NCBI GenBank assembly: GCA_030141605.1 | Contig: JAQGDQ010002373.1 | Location: forward strand, 1 to 64,000 | DNA from: Tubiluchus corallicola | Lineage: Eukaryota; Animalia; Priapulida | Length of the DNA: 64,000 nucleotides | Reading direction: 5' to 3' | Shown: piece after piece, positions 39,489 to 54,539 of the stretch | Layout: each line of letters starts with the position of its first letter | Position numbering within the stretch: position 1 is the first letter of the stretch | Notes under the pieces: model-generated | Told to the model about the DNA's origin: nothing | Seen by the model: the letters and a program-made list of their open reading frames with translations, nothing else | The model's database searches: none | Position numbers and translations under genes: made by a program

Positions 39489-39594
39489 CAGGTTCTATTT
39501 CGGGGGGGGGAAGGGGGGACACTTCCCCGGGCCTCACCCTCCAGGGGGGCTCGCGCCAAGGTAACTTTTTTTGCTTTATGCGAACATACTGCCT

Positions 39595-39643
<49 letters not shown>

Positions 39644-39857
39644 CCGTTTGCCAGTATTGACAAGTAAGGACTGGTCTTGAGAATAAAGCAGTTTTTCTTT
39701 CAATTGTTCTTTCCTTTAACAACTGTATAACTCCATATTTTCTCTTCGAAAATGCTTCTCCAGCATTCTAGCAGTTCAAAAATTTTCTGGTTGGCGCCCG
39801 CCCCCGGCGCTTCAATACCCCCCTCCCCGGGCCTCGCTTAGGCTGAAATAAGCCCTG
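39489..39857 (+). mobile_element. hAT-type MITE with internal (CT)n
   Basis: Same family; TSD GACTTTAG. Confidence 0.9.
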
Positions 39858-40342
39858 GACTTTAGACAAAGAACACTGAAGTCAAAACCCGGGTCACCCG
39901 ATCCATTCTGTCCATTAACTATAATCAGTACAACGTTGTTGCTTATAGTAATGAGCGCATAAATCAATCACAAATAATTCTTTTCTTCTCTGTTTTTTTA
40001 TTGAGTAACTTGTTGCTGTCCCCTCGCCGCTAGCTCTCCCCTCATCGAGGTTCTACCAATGGACTTGCCTAGCAACCCGAAACGCCGCAGGGCTCGCTAC
40101 AGTATGCTTAATACACAAGCGTAGGCTGGGCACGCTGCTTGAGCCATGTTTGCGGCATTGCGCGTTGCTACCACAGCTGTTGCAGTTCTGTCAAAAGCAG
40201 TTTGCAAAGGCCAAAGTGCAAAACATTGCTCACCGTATTATAACTTACGTAAACAAGTTTTCTGCTGGCTAGATATTTTTATCCAAGGCTAAATTCTATA
40301 GGTCGTAAAACCGTGCTCACTACGTTCATATAATAAACATAA

Positions 40343-41535
40343 TATATATATATATATATATAATAATCTTTATTGGCCATTAAAAACATTGATAATCACT
40401 GATAAAAACTTTACAGAGATAATCAATCAGTGTTAGTTAATAAAAACTTACACTGCTGAAGGCAAATGCGTCAGTGCAATCTAAACTACTGTGCAGTAAT
40501 GGAAAGTAACGACGAATAAAATCAAACATATTTATAACTATGCATAAAAAAATAAAAAAAAACTATGATTTAATTAATATGGCCGTGGGTATATGAATTC
40601 TGAATTAGTGTGTATGCTGTCGTACTGGTGTGATGGTATTTCATATCTGGTTAATATTAGTGATTTTAATTTTGTTTTAAATGCTGATAGGGACTTGATT
40701 TGTTTAACCTGTAATGGTAGAGAATTCCAAAGTAAAATTGCTTGTTTTATTACAGAGTTCGTTCCATAGTGGGTATTTGTCCTAATTTGTTTTAGATTGC
40801 TTGTTCTGGAATTAACGATAGGATTTGGAAAAAAGTTAAATCTGTTATTCTGGAATGGTTTGCTGATGTTGTTAATGTATTTAAATATAAAAAGCAGAGT
40901 AAAATATTCTTTGTGTGCTTCAATGATTGGGAATTTTAAAGTTTTTCTCAGGTTAGTTGCTGAAGCTTTGAATTTTTGTCTACCTGCCTTATGTTTGTAT
41001 GAGTACCCAGCTATCAATCTCAATGCATAGTTTTGAAGGAGATTTAATTTTAAGTAATTTTCTCTTTTGGTTTTTTGAAGTAGCGTACATCCATATAAGA
41101 AGTGTGGTAGAACTAAAGTTTTATATATTAGTGTTTTAGTTTCCTTTGTTAGTTGCCCTTTAACTTGCCGGAGATATGATGTGCTAGATGCCATTTTTGT
41201 GTATATGTTATTAAAGTGTTCATCCCATGAAAGATTATTGTCTACCTGTATGCCCAAGAATTTAACATTGTTAGTTTGTTTGATTACAGCATTATCTATT
41301 GTCAAAGTGGTTGATGATGCATCATTAGTATTTAATGAGGGTGACAGTATCATGGTTTCTGTTTTGTCATTATTCATATTTAGCTTGTAATGATTAAATA
41401 CCATATTTATATTTTTTATATCTTCTTCTAAATAATTTTTGCAGTTTGGACATTTTCATGGACATTTGGACATTTGGCTATGTAGATTGTAATGTCATCA
41501 GCGTATTGCGTTATTTGTGAGTGTTTTAAAAATTT
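40343..41535 (-). mobile_element. CR1/L2-group (Crack/Daphne-like) LINE family A, 5'-truncated, RT C-terminal part
   Basis: QYADDITIY near 41490-41510; ORF 40574-41404 with KFLGIQVDNNLSWDEH and YKTLVLPHFLYG; AATAAAG + (TA)n tail. Confidence 0.9.
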
Positions 41536-43699
41536 ATAAAATAAAATTATACCCTTAGTTTGTACGTACATTACGCCAGAAGTGTATTATACAGATATAT
41601 CTATATATATATATGGGTGCTCAGGCTTAAAAATAACAAAATTCCAATTATAGTGTAAAAATCATGAAAAAATGCTATTCATTAAAAAAATGTTGTTCAT
41701 AATTTTAATACGTTTTCATCAGCTGGCAAGACATTCCATTTCGCTTGTTTTCCATTCATCATAAACCTTACATTATATTATGATGTAAGAAAAATTTAAA
41801 CACTTCAGTATTGATTCTTAAGAAATAAATGTACTTGGGGCATTGCGGCGAGCAGGGAGTCCTGGCGTAGAGGGAGGTGAGCAGAATCATGTCACTGGAC
41901 GTGTGATTCATTGGATGATGATGATGATGATGATGATTACATTATATGCGTCATATTAGCATTGATGTGAATTTATAAAATTTGCTCGCCCGAACAAAAC
42001 AGTACTCAGCAGCCTCAACCACGTTGCGTAACAATGCGAGTTAGCCGCCTACGCAGAAACAATGAGTTTAGACACCTTCCTGTGTACACGTCACTCGTTA
42101 CCATGACATCAGCACCCTAGTTAAATGCAGTAAATGCTTCTCTCTCTCTTCGCGAAGATTTGCTTACGATTCTTATTGTATTTAAATGTATTATAATTTG
42201 AACTTCGTAAAAGGGTTTAGTTTCATTTTTTTTTAGAATCTGGCGATGAATACTGACTATAAGGTTAAATTATTAAGTTGGTTTGTTAGCAAGGTCCTTT
42301 AGTGTACATAATTCACACAAAAAGGAGGAAGTAAATCTCGATGAAAATGAGTACCATTTTCTTGTCACATATTTTACCTTCTAATTTTACTACGTAGCGC
42401 AAATAAGTATCTATGAAAAGTGCTACGTACACGAAAAGTGTGCCTACATGAAAAGTACAGTGTGTGAATCTATCACAGACGAGATGACAAACAGCTACAG
42501 GACGCCAGGTTTTTCTTGAACTTCTACTTCCTACTTCACGTTTAAAACTCATTATAATTGTTATTGCCTACACGGAAATTCACTTGACATAGTTTATACT
42601 GGAGGCATTGTGCTGTAGTAAAAGCCTATTCTAGTAAACAGAGTAATTGTATAGGAAGTAAGACGTTTATTATTGTTATTATTATATCACTTGAATTTTA
42701 TTCTAGACAGACCTAGCTACTAGTATTATTGTTTATTGGCAGGCCTTAACATCACAAAAGCTACGTACATTAGGCAGTAACGCAACCTTTGTAGACTAAT
42801 TTTCGGAAGGCGTTCTCACCATTGTATAAAAGTTAATAAAAAAAATCTTGTCGAGCAAACAACAAGCCAAATATTATGTTATAAAAACCTTGAGCAACCT
42901 TATTTGTCTGCTATATACTGACAAATTTAGAAAATAATACATGTACCAGCCTGCTCTCTTAGTTACTCGCTTTAGCGCCAGCTCATGGCGCTTGCGCTGT
43001 GCTGTTTAGTTGAAGGTCGTTCGTATTTTTGCCACACCTGCGGGGCTTAAACGCAATAACACTGGCTTGTTTTAATGACGAAGAACAAGTTTTATATGGC
43101 CTTAGTCGAGAAAAGCTGATAATGGTGAGCAGGCAGTTTTTACTGAATTATAAAAGAGGCTACGTGCGGAGCTTCAGGCAAAAGCTGCTTTAAGTTGCTC
43201 GATTGTAAAATTTGTAAACGCCAAACTCATGACGATGAGTTCTCTTAAGCAGTGAGACGTTAAGAACTACAGCGTTTCGCAACTTGTAGCCGCTGCTTTA
43301 AATTTGAACTTGAAAAACAACTTACCTTCTGTTTTGCTTGACTATCGTTTGTGTAGTTTTAGTTTTATGTCAATAAAAATATTCTGTTTCACAATGGTAC
43401 CATTCATGAGCAGACAACTTTGTAGATTGGATTCCAGGGTGCGTTTCTAACAATTTTAGTAGAATGGTAGTATAAATATCAAGAGAGCAGTAACGAAATT
43501 TCCTAAAATTGTATGGTAAAAAAAATTTCAAATTAATATTTAGGCTGTATTATTTGTCCATCATGATAAAATCTGAAGAAGCGTGTGGAAATTTAATTAA
43601 AATCAATTAGTTTGGAAGATTTACAGCAAAGAGTCTTTTTAAGTTAAAATCTCGCGTGATCGTTTCGTGTGGTTTTTTATTATTGATTTTATTATATTA

Positions 43700-44225
43700 G
43701 AAATAGAATCTCTCCACCACTTTAAAAAGAAATTAAAAGAATATCAATATAACAGGTTTCAACTTCCAGATTGTGCATCTGATACTAATTACACAGACTC
43801 AACTTTCATCTACCCCCGCCCCTGACTCCATAAAACGATTAATAATGTAAAATTTTTAAAAAATTATGTGATGTAATACGTGTCATGTTAGTTTTGTAAT
43901 GTCAAATGCATAAATAGTGTAAATGTAATGAGTGAAATTTATGTAATGTAAAGCGTGTTTCTGTTAATTGTGTCATGTCAAATGTATATATAGTGTAAAA
44001 TATGTCGTGTAAAATTTGATGTACTTTTGTAATATGGTTCTGTAAAACTATTTTAATATGGTGTTTGTAAATATGTCCATTTATTGTATATTATTGGACC
44101 TTAGTTTTGCACTTTTTAGACTGCATTGGATGCATTCGTCTTGAACAGTGTTGTTATCTTTACGCTGAGGCTTACTCAATTTTATTATGAGTGAACCATT
44201 TTAATGACAAATAAAGAATTAATAA
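43700..44225 (+). mobile_element. LINE family B 3' fragment
   Basis: Reverse complement of 36040-36575. Confidence 0.8.
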
Positions 44226-45121
44226 TAAAATTGCTGCTTCACTTTGTTATAGATTAGTATATTATACGGTAAAAACAATTTGTAATTGATTTTAACCTTA
44301 TTCATTGCTTTATAGAAACACTAAAAGCTTTCACACGTTGTTAATTTAAAAGTTGCCTGGCTTTTATTGGACGTTATCTTGGATTATTATAATAATGTTA
44401 GGCCTAAAATTGTGTAGAAAATGCCAATAATATATTACAGCTCGAACGCGCATGCGCTCTTGCACTGCACAGAGGATGAGTCATGCAGTATTGATCGAAC
44501 AGTAGCAGAATTGCACGCATAAGGTAGTTAGCTGCAGCCTACAGTAGAATAAAATGGGTCAATACTCATTACTCAATACGTTGAGCGATAAATCTTGAAC
44601 GAATGGGGACGAAAGGTCTAGTGTGTATAGTTTTCAAGAAACGAAATGTTTTGTCTACCATGATTACACAGTTATTGTAGACGATAAGCTCTCTGAAATA
44701 ATTATTGTAGCAATAATTCTCGGCTACTGGCCTGGAAAGTTGGCATACGAAGCGTTCAGTAGTATCTTAATTTCTTATAAAATTATTTAGGTTAATTCCA
44801 CGGTGGTTTTCGAAGTCGACAAAGGAAAATGTAAATGAAATTTCGTTGCTGTTTTTTGAATAACAAATCACAAAGCTCAAATGAGTCCAATAATAAAAAC
44901 ATTTTTAATTCGAATTAACGCAATACTTTTGTAGTGTATTTAAATAAAAACGACGACCTCAATTAAAGAAAAGATGGATGCAGATTTTTCATAGTGAGAA
45001 ATATTATCACGATGTTTCAGTTTAATACTTCGCGTTTCTGTTAGCTCAAAAGAGAAATCTGACGACTGTGTTTTTCTGAACAAAAGATGATGTTTCACTT
45101 TAAAAGCTGTGAGCGTATAAC

Positions 45122-45382
45122 CAGGGCCTATTTCAGCCTAAGCGAGGCCCGGGCAAGTAGGACGTCTGATGCCCCCTTGGAAGGGGGGGGGGCGCCCAGA
45201 AAATTTTTGAACTGCTCGAACGCCGGAGAAGCATTTTCGAAGAGAAAATATGGAGTTATACAGTTGTTAAAGGAAAGAACAACTGAAAGAAAAACTGCTT
45301 TATTCTCAAGACCAGTCCTTAATACTTGTCAATACTGGAAAACGGCGCGCGTGCGGCAAGAGAGAGAGAGAGAGAGAGGGGG

Positions 45383-45436
<54 letters not shown>

Positions 45437-45553
45437 AGGCAGTATGTTCGCATAAAGCAAAAAAATGTTACCTTGGCGCGAGGCCCCTTGTAGGGTCAGG
45501 CCCCAGGGAAGTATCCCCACTTCCCCCCCCCCCCCCCCGTGAAATAGGCCCTG
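45122..45553 (-). mobile_element. hAT-type MITE with internal (GA)n
   Basis: Same family, reverse orientation; TSD CGTATAAC. Confidence 0.9.
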
Positions 45554-46276
45554 CGTATAACACGAATAAACCCTCAGTTAAAATAGTCAATGTTCCAAAA
45601 ATCTTTGCTAACGATTTCCTAATTATGTTGATGATGACGAGTTGACGACAACGTTTGCGCCTACGTTTTGACATTCCATTTTAGCTATGTTAGTGAAAAC
45701 AATCATTTCTGAATAATGTATTTAATGTAATGTACTTATTCATCTATAGTAAAAATTAAAATTTTTGAACCCAATTCGTAACAAATCCGAGCTTTGTGAC
45801 ATTTTGGACTAGTTTGATTCTTTGAATTTAGGCCTCGTTCGGTTAATTTTGAAACTTTTGAAACAGGAAGTTTGTCCTAAACCTCTTTTGAGAAACACCT
45901 CATTAACTCTATCAATTAAAAATTACCTAAAAATATTAATAATCGTGATATCTCGAAAGATTCGCAGTTATTTTACTTTTTTCTGTACTTTAATTTAGCA
46001 TTTAGTTTAGCATTTAGCAATAAAGAAAGCTTCAAAGTTAAACCACTGTCAATAAGTAAAAACTATCGAAGATAAGATAAGGCAACTAACAGCAATTATT
46101 ATCATCATCATCATCATCGTAACAATAATAATAATAATAATGATGATTATTATTATTATTATTAAACTGAGAACGCTGTAGGTCTACAGATCCTACACTT
46201 CAGTAAAGTCCGAGCACACTTACCCGAAAACATATGTAGGTCTAGAAAAAAGGAACGGGGCTATTCAGCGAGCGTT

Positions 46277-46763
<487 letters not shown>

Positions 46764-47253
46764 AAACGCTCGTTGGATCACTTTTTTCTAGATATACATG
46801 GATTTTCGGCTAAGTGTGCTCGGACTTTACTGATGTGTATGAAATGAAAATGATATAGTGTATGACATAAGTGTAAGAAATATTCTATGAAAATCTAAAT
46901 TAACATGCATTCAAGTCTCGATAAGTTTTTCGAGTTTGCGGCATTCGCACAATTTCAACACGCTTAACAAGTTGTTCCGGGTACCAACTTTTCATACCGT
47001 GCTAAAGTAACTTCGCAGAATTACTATTATGTTAAACTCATTACCTGCATCGGTTATATACCGTATTTCTTCTTGCATGAAAACAATAGAGAGTTTGACT
47101 GTCTGTCTGTCTGTCTGTCATTCGAGAAACGTCGCTGGTTTTTGTTATTTCTTACAGATGACCCATCAGACATTTACAATAATTTTCATGAAAACAATAG
47201 AGAGTTTGAGGTCTGTGTGTCTGTCTGTCAATCCAGAAACGTCGCTGGTTTTT

Positions 47254-47255
<2 letters not shown>

Positions 47256-47302
<47 letters not shown>

Positions 47303-47676
47303 CTTTATTTGCCATTAAAATACATTGATAATCACTGATAAAAACTTTACAGAGAAGATCAATCAGTGTTAGTTAATAAAAACTTACACTGCTAAAGGCA
47401 AATGCGTAAGTGCAATCTAATCTATTGTGCAGTAATGGAAAGTAACGACGAATAAAATCAAACATATTTACAACTATGCACAAAAAATGAAAAAATGATG
47501 ATTTAATTAATATGGCCGTGGATACATGAATTCTGAATTAGTGATTTTAATTTTGTTTTAAATGCTGATAGGGAGTTGATTTGTTTAACCTGTAATGGTA
47601 GAGAATTCCAAAGTAGAATTGCTTGCTTGATTACAGAGTTCGTTCCATAGTGGGTATTCGTACTAATTTGTTTTAT
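47256..47676 (-). mobile_element. LINE family A 3' fragment
   Basis: Same 3' UTR and (TA)n tail. Confidence 0.85.
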
Positions 47677-48141
47677 ATTTCTTGCAGATGACTCATCAGA
47701 AGTGTAGAATAATTTTCATGAAACCATAAATTATTAATAAAAATGTATGGATTTCGACGAATCAACGGCCCCATAACAGCCATTAAATTCATTATACAGG
47801 GCACCCACCCACCCACTTTGTTTCCTCCCCCTTGCTCACCGTGCTAGAGTCAACCTAACCAGAACAAGCTTGAAAGCTCACGAACAATAATATCTCTAGC
47901 TTTGTAGAGCTAACAACCTTACACATGAGAAGGTATTAATGCTAATCGCAGCGCAATGTACTGCAATTATAATGAATATAAGCTGCATGGTTGATGAAAT
48001 CAGCTCATAAGCGAGCAATGCAGGCATCGAACCGAAGTCTTTTCTGCATATTCATAATGCCGTCAAATTCGGCGTGATAAGACAAGTTCAGTAGCCTAGT
48101 TTTACAATCCAGCTTTACAATCAAGATTATTTAACCTACAT

Positions 48142-48692
48142 GACTACGGTCATATCACGTTGAAAACAGCGGCTCTCGTCTGATCACCGAAGTTAAGCAA
48201 CGTAGAGCCTGGTTAGTATTTGGATGGGTGACCGCCTAGGAATACCAGGTGCTGTAGGCTTGCGGGATGCCCACACTGTATCTCGAGACTAAGCCGAGGA
48301 GCTGTACAAGGCAGCCAACGGCTAGAGGGCGGAGGAAGTCAAGTGATCCAACGGTCATGTGTAGAGGAGTAAACCTTCCAAATCAGGAGTGGAGTCCCGA
48401 AGGCGGACCAGTGCAGCTTGCTCACTGACTCCTGCAGCCAACCTGGTGCCAAGCGTATCGCTTTGCTTTCCTTTGGACTACACCAGGGAGGAAGAGAGGG
48501 TGTTCCTGTTGTCTGGGCAACTTAGGACCTCCATACACCTTGCCCAGGCGTGCGCCCTGGAGAGGCCACTCCAGTGGTTCGAGGATCGGATTGTTCAGCC
48601 ACAGTCGACGCTGCAGCTCCATCAGTGTGATCAATAACTGACTCTCTTGGCGGACACTCCATTCTCTGCCGAGACAGAAGGATGACAACAAC
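48142..48692 (+). mobile_element. Full-length 5S rRNA-derived SINE (SINE3 class)
   Basis: 48142-48261 is a complete 5S rRNA-like head without a T-run terminator, followed by a ~430-bp body and a (CAA)n tail. TSD TAACCTACAT at 48132 and 48693. Confidence 0.9.
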
Positions 48693-49912
48693 TAACCTAC
48701 ATGAGTTGTACTGCATCTTCCTGTTAAAAAAGTCTGTGTGTTAATTTGTTTATTTATTTACACAGTTAATTAATTATTGGTCATACACATTAATTAACCA
48801 AATATCTATGTTTTTCATTCGTATCTAGTCTTCCATTCACAGAGGTTTTGTCTATTTAGTTTTAATTTTATTATTTTACTCTGTATTTATTTGTCATTAA
48901 ATTCGACAGAGTTTATTTTCACTTATTTTTTATTGTAATTAATTTTATTGCCTTGAAATTTTTCTTTTTGTTCTTTACAATGCTGCTATGAAAGCGTTTT
49001 TGTTGCTCAGCGCCAATAACCAGACCCTGGCCCATCAACAATAATAATTTCCAGTACAAAAGAATAATATCTATAATGTATACTCTCAAACCAAAATTGC
49101 GTTCCCATATCTATGTTAGTTTATTCTGCAAAAAATACAAATTTTCTGTAGTCTACAATTACTACCTCTACAAAACTACTGAAATAAGTGCTAGAAAATA
49201 AGTGCTACAGATTACTACGTTACACTAAAAAGCTAAAATACATACATTGTTGGTCCAATATTGAGTCGAGAAAAAGCCAGAATGTCAGTAAAAGGTAGCA
49301 GTATAATTATACGTCAAATTTTAAATGTAACAGAGGCGTGTGTACATAACAAGTTCCACCTATACAATGTCAGAGTAGAAAAAGTAGTCTAGCTTGTTGA
49401 ACTACAGTCTAATATATTTGTGGCTTCTAATGCATATACTACCTTGGGAAATAGTGTAGCTTGTTGAACTACAGTCTAATATATTTGTGGCTTCTAATGC
49501 ATATACTACCTTGAGAAGGGATAATGGACCCAAACATTTGTACCTGCAACAATATCTTTACACTAATACATGTTAATTAGGAGTTTTATAATTGAAGGGA
49601 CAGTGCCATAATAATAGGGAATGAAATATGATATACCTTTCTATTTTCTTTTTCGCACTTTCGCAAGAAATATTATTTCCATTGGCTTCATCCGTTTAGT
49701 CTACGTAATAGCGAGTGGGCGTAAAGCGTGTGACGTCAGCCACACACGCAAGGTATTGAATTGAAGCCCACATTAAACTACCACACGATGCTGAAAGGTC
49801 CAGGAACAAAATAGACTACGGCTATTCATTTTAATACTAACAAAGCTAAGCTAAAATGTAGCCCACTTCATCCTTAAGCACATCTATTTCTTTTCACTTT
49901 ATACCCCTTATA

Positions 49913-50170
49913 CAGCGGCGGATTATGATTTTATGGGCCTTAGGCTTGAGCTTGGAACGGGCCTTTTAAATGTTGCTACACTGCTGAGCTGACGTGTTTT
50001 TGTCGAGCTCTCGTCGTTTGTAAGTTTGTTTAATTTTGTGAGTTTTTGCCCACCGATTGTGATAAAAATTATATCTTCTTGATCCTTGAGTTGTTTTTTT
50101 TCGTTTTATTTTGCCGGGCCCCTTTTGATCCCGGGCCTTAGGCTTCAGCCTATAGGGCTATCCGCTACAG
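49913..50170. mobile_element. hAT-type MITE
   Basis: 8-bp TSD CCCTTATA; imperfect TIR CAGCGGCGGAT ... ATCCGCTACAG; GGGCCTTAGGCTT repeated near both ends. Confidence 0.75.
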
Positions 50171-50521
50171 CCCTTATAGCATAACTATTACATAAAAAGC
50201 AGTTTAAATGATGACACATTTTCTGTGTTTAAAACTGAGAACTCCATGTCAAGTGTTTATGCCCCTATCTCTTCTATTATGCATTTTTACTGCTGCGTTT
50301 ATAAAGAACTCATCAGGTTGGCAGTCTGTGACGGTGATAGTTAAAAGTCACGCAAGGGTGCAATTAAATGATACTATTTTTTAGATACGTACGTGCTGTC
50401 TGATTTCTGCTCAGCGATAAAATAAAATGGAAGCTGCATTGGGAAATTGGAAAATACGAGAGTGGGTATACTAAATGACTTGCGGTATGGCATAATGGAT
50501 AAATGATCAAACTTTAGAGTG

Positions 50522-50830
50522 CTTACCTTAGACCTTAGTCCACCTTAGTCCTTCCCATGCACGGATGATGCACATTGGGCAGACAACATTTTCCACTGGG
50601 TTCTATCGGCGGCTTCTCTTTCGATGTTCTCTCAACGTGTGTTCATAGCCCGAAGGTCTTCTTTGAAAGATCTGCGCCACGTTGTTTTTGGCCGACCTCT
50701 TTTCCTTTTTCCACCAGGTGGTTGCCAGCGTATTACTTTAAACTGTAAACTTTTCAGTACCACTCTTGGAATCAATTTACCGGTCACTACAGCTGACTTC
50801 GCTGTTTGCTGTCTGGATAAAACACGCTTA
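50522..50830 (-). mobile_element. RTE-clade LINE 3' end
   Basis: WQPPGGKRKRGRPKTTWRRS motif; CTAAGGT-type tandem tail. Confidence 0.8.
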
Positions 50831-50900
50831 CAAAAATTTCTACGGGGCAAAAGGTTAATTTCTATTTTGCGGGTTATTAGTAAGATATCCCTCTACTCAG

Positions 50901-51325
<425 letters not shown>

Positions 51326-54300
51326 CTACTCAGTAGGCTTATTAGTTACGCGTTTATTTATTAACAATAGTACATATCTATGTAAAACAGTATTGTTTAT
51401 TACTGTTATTAAAGTTACTTAATTGGACAGTCTTCGCCATTTTAAAGAAATTTTTAAAAATATCTTTTCATTGCAGTGAATACCAAGGCTGTGCTATAGG
51501 CCTGCATGTTTGTGAATTTTTGTGATAATGTTTTGCTGCAATAAATTTTTCAAGCAGCTCAATGAGAAACATTTCCAGGCAGGACTGCTTATTTTTTGCA
51601 GGAATGCGTATCGCGTAACGTTATGCGTAACACGTAAAAATATGTTTTGTGGTACACATGCTGTGGATTGTGGCATCTAGGTACAGTTAAGAGACATTGT
51701 TTGTGATTCACGTCAACGTGACTTCCCTCCCACAAGCAGGCGAGCGTTGACGAAAATGCCAAATTTTAAAACCGGTTACCGTGATTCGGCCGCAAACTTT
51801 TGACTGCTCGTGAGACGGAAAGTTTTTGTAAATAAACATTTTTAAACTTTGCATAATGTAAAGTTAGAAATCACGCCAGTAAAAAAATGTAAATTTGTTA
51901 ATTATTTAAAGTAGTTGACACCTGAACGTATACACTTTTTTGACTAAGTATAATTATGTTTTGTAATCAAATTAAAACAGCTAGTGGAAATCTTTGTTTA
52001 ATTAAAAGATTCAATCTATCCAAGACCGCCATAAAGACGACAAGCGCTCGAAACAGTACTGTTTGAAGATGGTATTATACAGAAATGATTTCTCATTTTC
52101 AGACGAATTGCAGTTAAATGAAATTGTCGTATTTACCAGCCAGTTCAGTATCAAAATTACCTACATATGTGACTTATTGAAATACGTGTTCTATAAAAAA
52201 ATTTGAAGTACATTTTCTTTTTACTAGTAACCGATTTTTTTTGTTACGCAACTTATTTATGCTACTGACATTATGCTCACAGGGTACATCATTTACGCAA
52301 TAATTTGAAATCATGCAATAATGCAATAACTGTATGTACGTCTGTAAACACAATGCTCTGAAACAGCAGAGAAATAATATAATAAGACAGTAAAAATAAA
52401 AATTTCTATTTTTAATAAACTATTGTAGATATGTTTACAACTATAATTTTTATTGTATTTTGTTTTATTTTCATATTTGTAAATCGTTCTAAATCGTATT
52501 TCGTTCTAATGGGAACAGTTTATTTTGTAGAAAAACGATTTTATTGCGTTTGGTATACGTTGTTTTTATTTATTCTGCTGAAAGAATTTATAATATTAAA
52601 ACTGCTGAAAAATCTTACATACGAAAATGATTATCAGAAATTTTCAAATGCGTACGAAAACGAGACATGTGTTGTCTGCAAATATGTGTTCAGAGTGAAA
52701 AAAATTCACTGAAAGTAAAAATTCCTGTACAGGTTACCATCTACGAAACTTTATAAACTATGTGACTCTTACAGTCACTAAAGAGTGACTATGTAAAGCC
52801 TGAAATTAATGTTACTGGATGTGATGCTGTTTAACCATAATACACTAGTAGCCAAGCACGCGACGTGACATCTTAGCTATTCCTCGCTTATTATCCAGGT
52901 TTAATGTCTTTATGAAACGCAACTGCTTTAAAAGTAAAATTTTTTTAGTCATTTTATCTAACTGCGTGACCTCGGCGGAGCACTAACTAGTTTTATTAAA
53001 GTTTATGAGCCTAAACGCAATAAATAACTGTGATATTACTGACGAAACCCACGTGTGCTTCTGAACTTTTAAACCAATGAAGCCATCAATTCGTAAACAT
53101 GTCTTTGGTAAATTGGAAGCATCGTTCTCGTTGGGGTTTGGATTTATTTTTTTCCAAACTCGAGTATGTTAATTGGGCGACGTTTGATTGATGACGTCAC
53201 CAACTTTTTAGTCAGTTATGTAAGTTAGTCTGGATAAAACACGTTCGAGCCGAGATACGACTAGCACTTTTGAAAGGCTGTTGTCAGTAATTCCTCATCG
53301 AGCTTCTACTCTGATACGAATTGACAGTCAAGTGGAATTGGTATATAATTATAATTTTCTGTATAATTTCTTACATCAAGAAGCGCAAAAATAAGCCTCG
53401 TTGCTGAAGTAATAATCAAACTGTGTACGTGTCACGACTGAAAATTATTCGTACCCAAATCGTTTGACCTTCAAACGCTGTTTTTGTTTTTAGCTTGATC
53501 TGCCTGGGTGCAAAACTGGAAAAACGATATTTTTACATTCATTTCTACCAAATCATTAAAGCACTATGCTTAGCAACAACTGATCCGTGCCTTCCCATCA
53601 ACCACTCACTAAACGGACCTTCTGTATAAAATGTAATTTTTAAATGTCCAAGATTACGATTTCCGTACATCTTCTCTCGAAGCCTAAGCTTTAATTATTA
53701 ATGGTGTAACAGTCGTTGGTGTTTGCAAATGAAGGATGTTTGCTGTGAACTATCAATGTTTTTGTGCCATAGTCTTCTGTTTATAATACAGGCTTATCAT
53801 TGCAAATTCGTTCTTTTTCAGAAAAATATTCGACGAAATTTGATGCTAAATGATATTGCATTTGTAAATCCAGTCTTAATTGTAATTTGTTACTACATGG
53901 TGTTTTAATTTTAACTTAACTTCAATACTCACAGACATTAACATACAAAAAATGCAAATATTTTAATGCTCTTAATTGTCGTTTTAATATTTCATTCATC
54001 AATAAATCCAACATTTACATTTTTTACAATTTACATTTTAAAAGAACTTACAATTTACACATCACATTTGATGTATTGTACAAGATATAAGAACAATTTA
54101 TGTACAATAAGCTTGTATAATACAAACTATGTCAATACAACAACAATAACTACAAGTCAGGAAAAATAAATTCTATGTTACATACAATGCTGCCAGCAAG
54201 ACAACAAGCTAAAGCCCTTTTTACACCGCTAGCTTTAAACAGAGGCCATTTTTACATTTTCATAAGATTATTACAAAATACGTATTGGAGATCATTCAAG

Positions 54301-54539
54301 GTTGACGGTTCAATACAAAAATAGTTACGTGAGTGTTTACAATGCATTCGGCTATACACTAGTATTATACTGCAGTGAGTTGGCTGTCCATAATTTACAC
54401 GTTAATACTGCAGGAAACACGAGAATGCTGTCTCCGATGATGGCGGAGGTTAAAACTCTGCTGTACAAATGGCTCGGGGTATAATAAAAGTTTTAACTGA
54501 TGTCTCGTACGTAAGCGTGTTGTGTGTAAAACGATGCGA

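Noticed and set aside
48142-48261. Functional 5S rRNA gene (also 16175-16282)
   Set aside because: No oligo-T terminator; runs straight into a shared SINE body flanked by TSDs.
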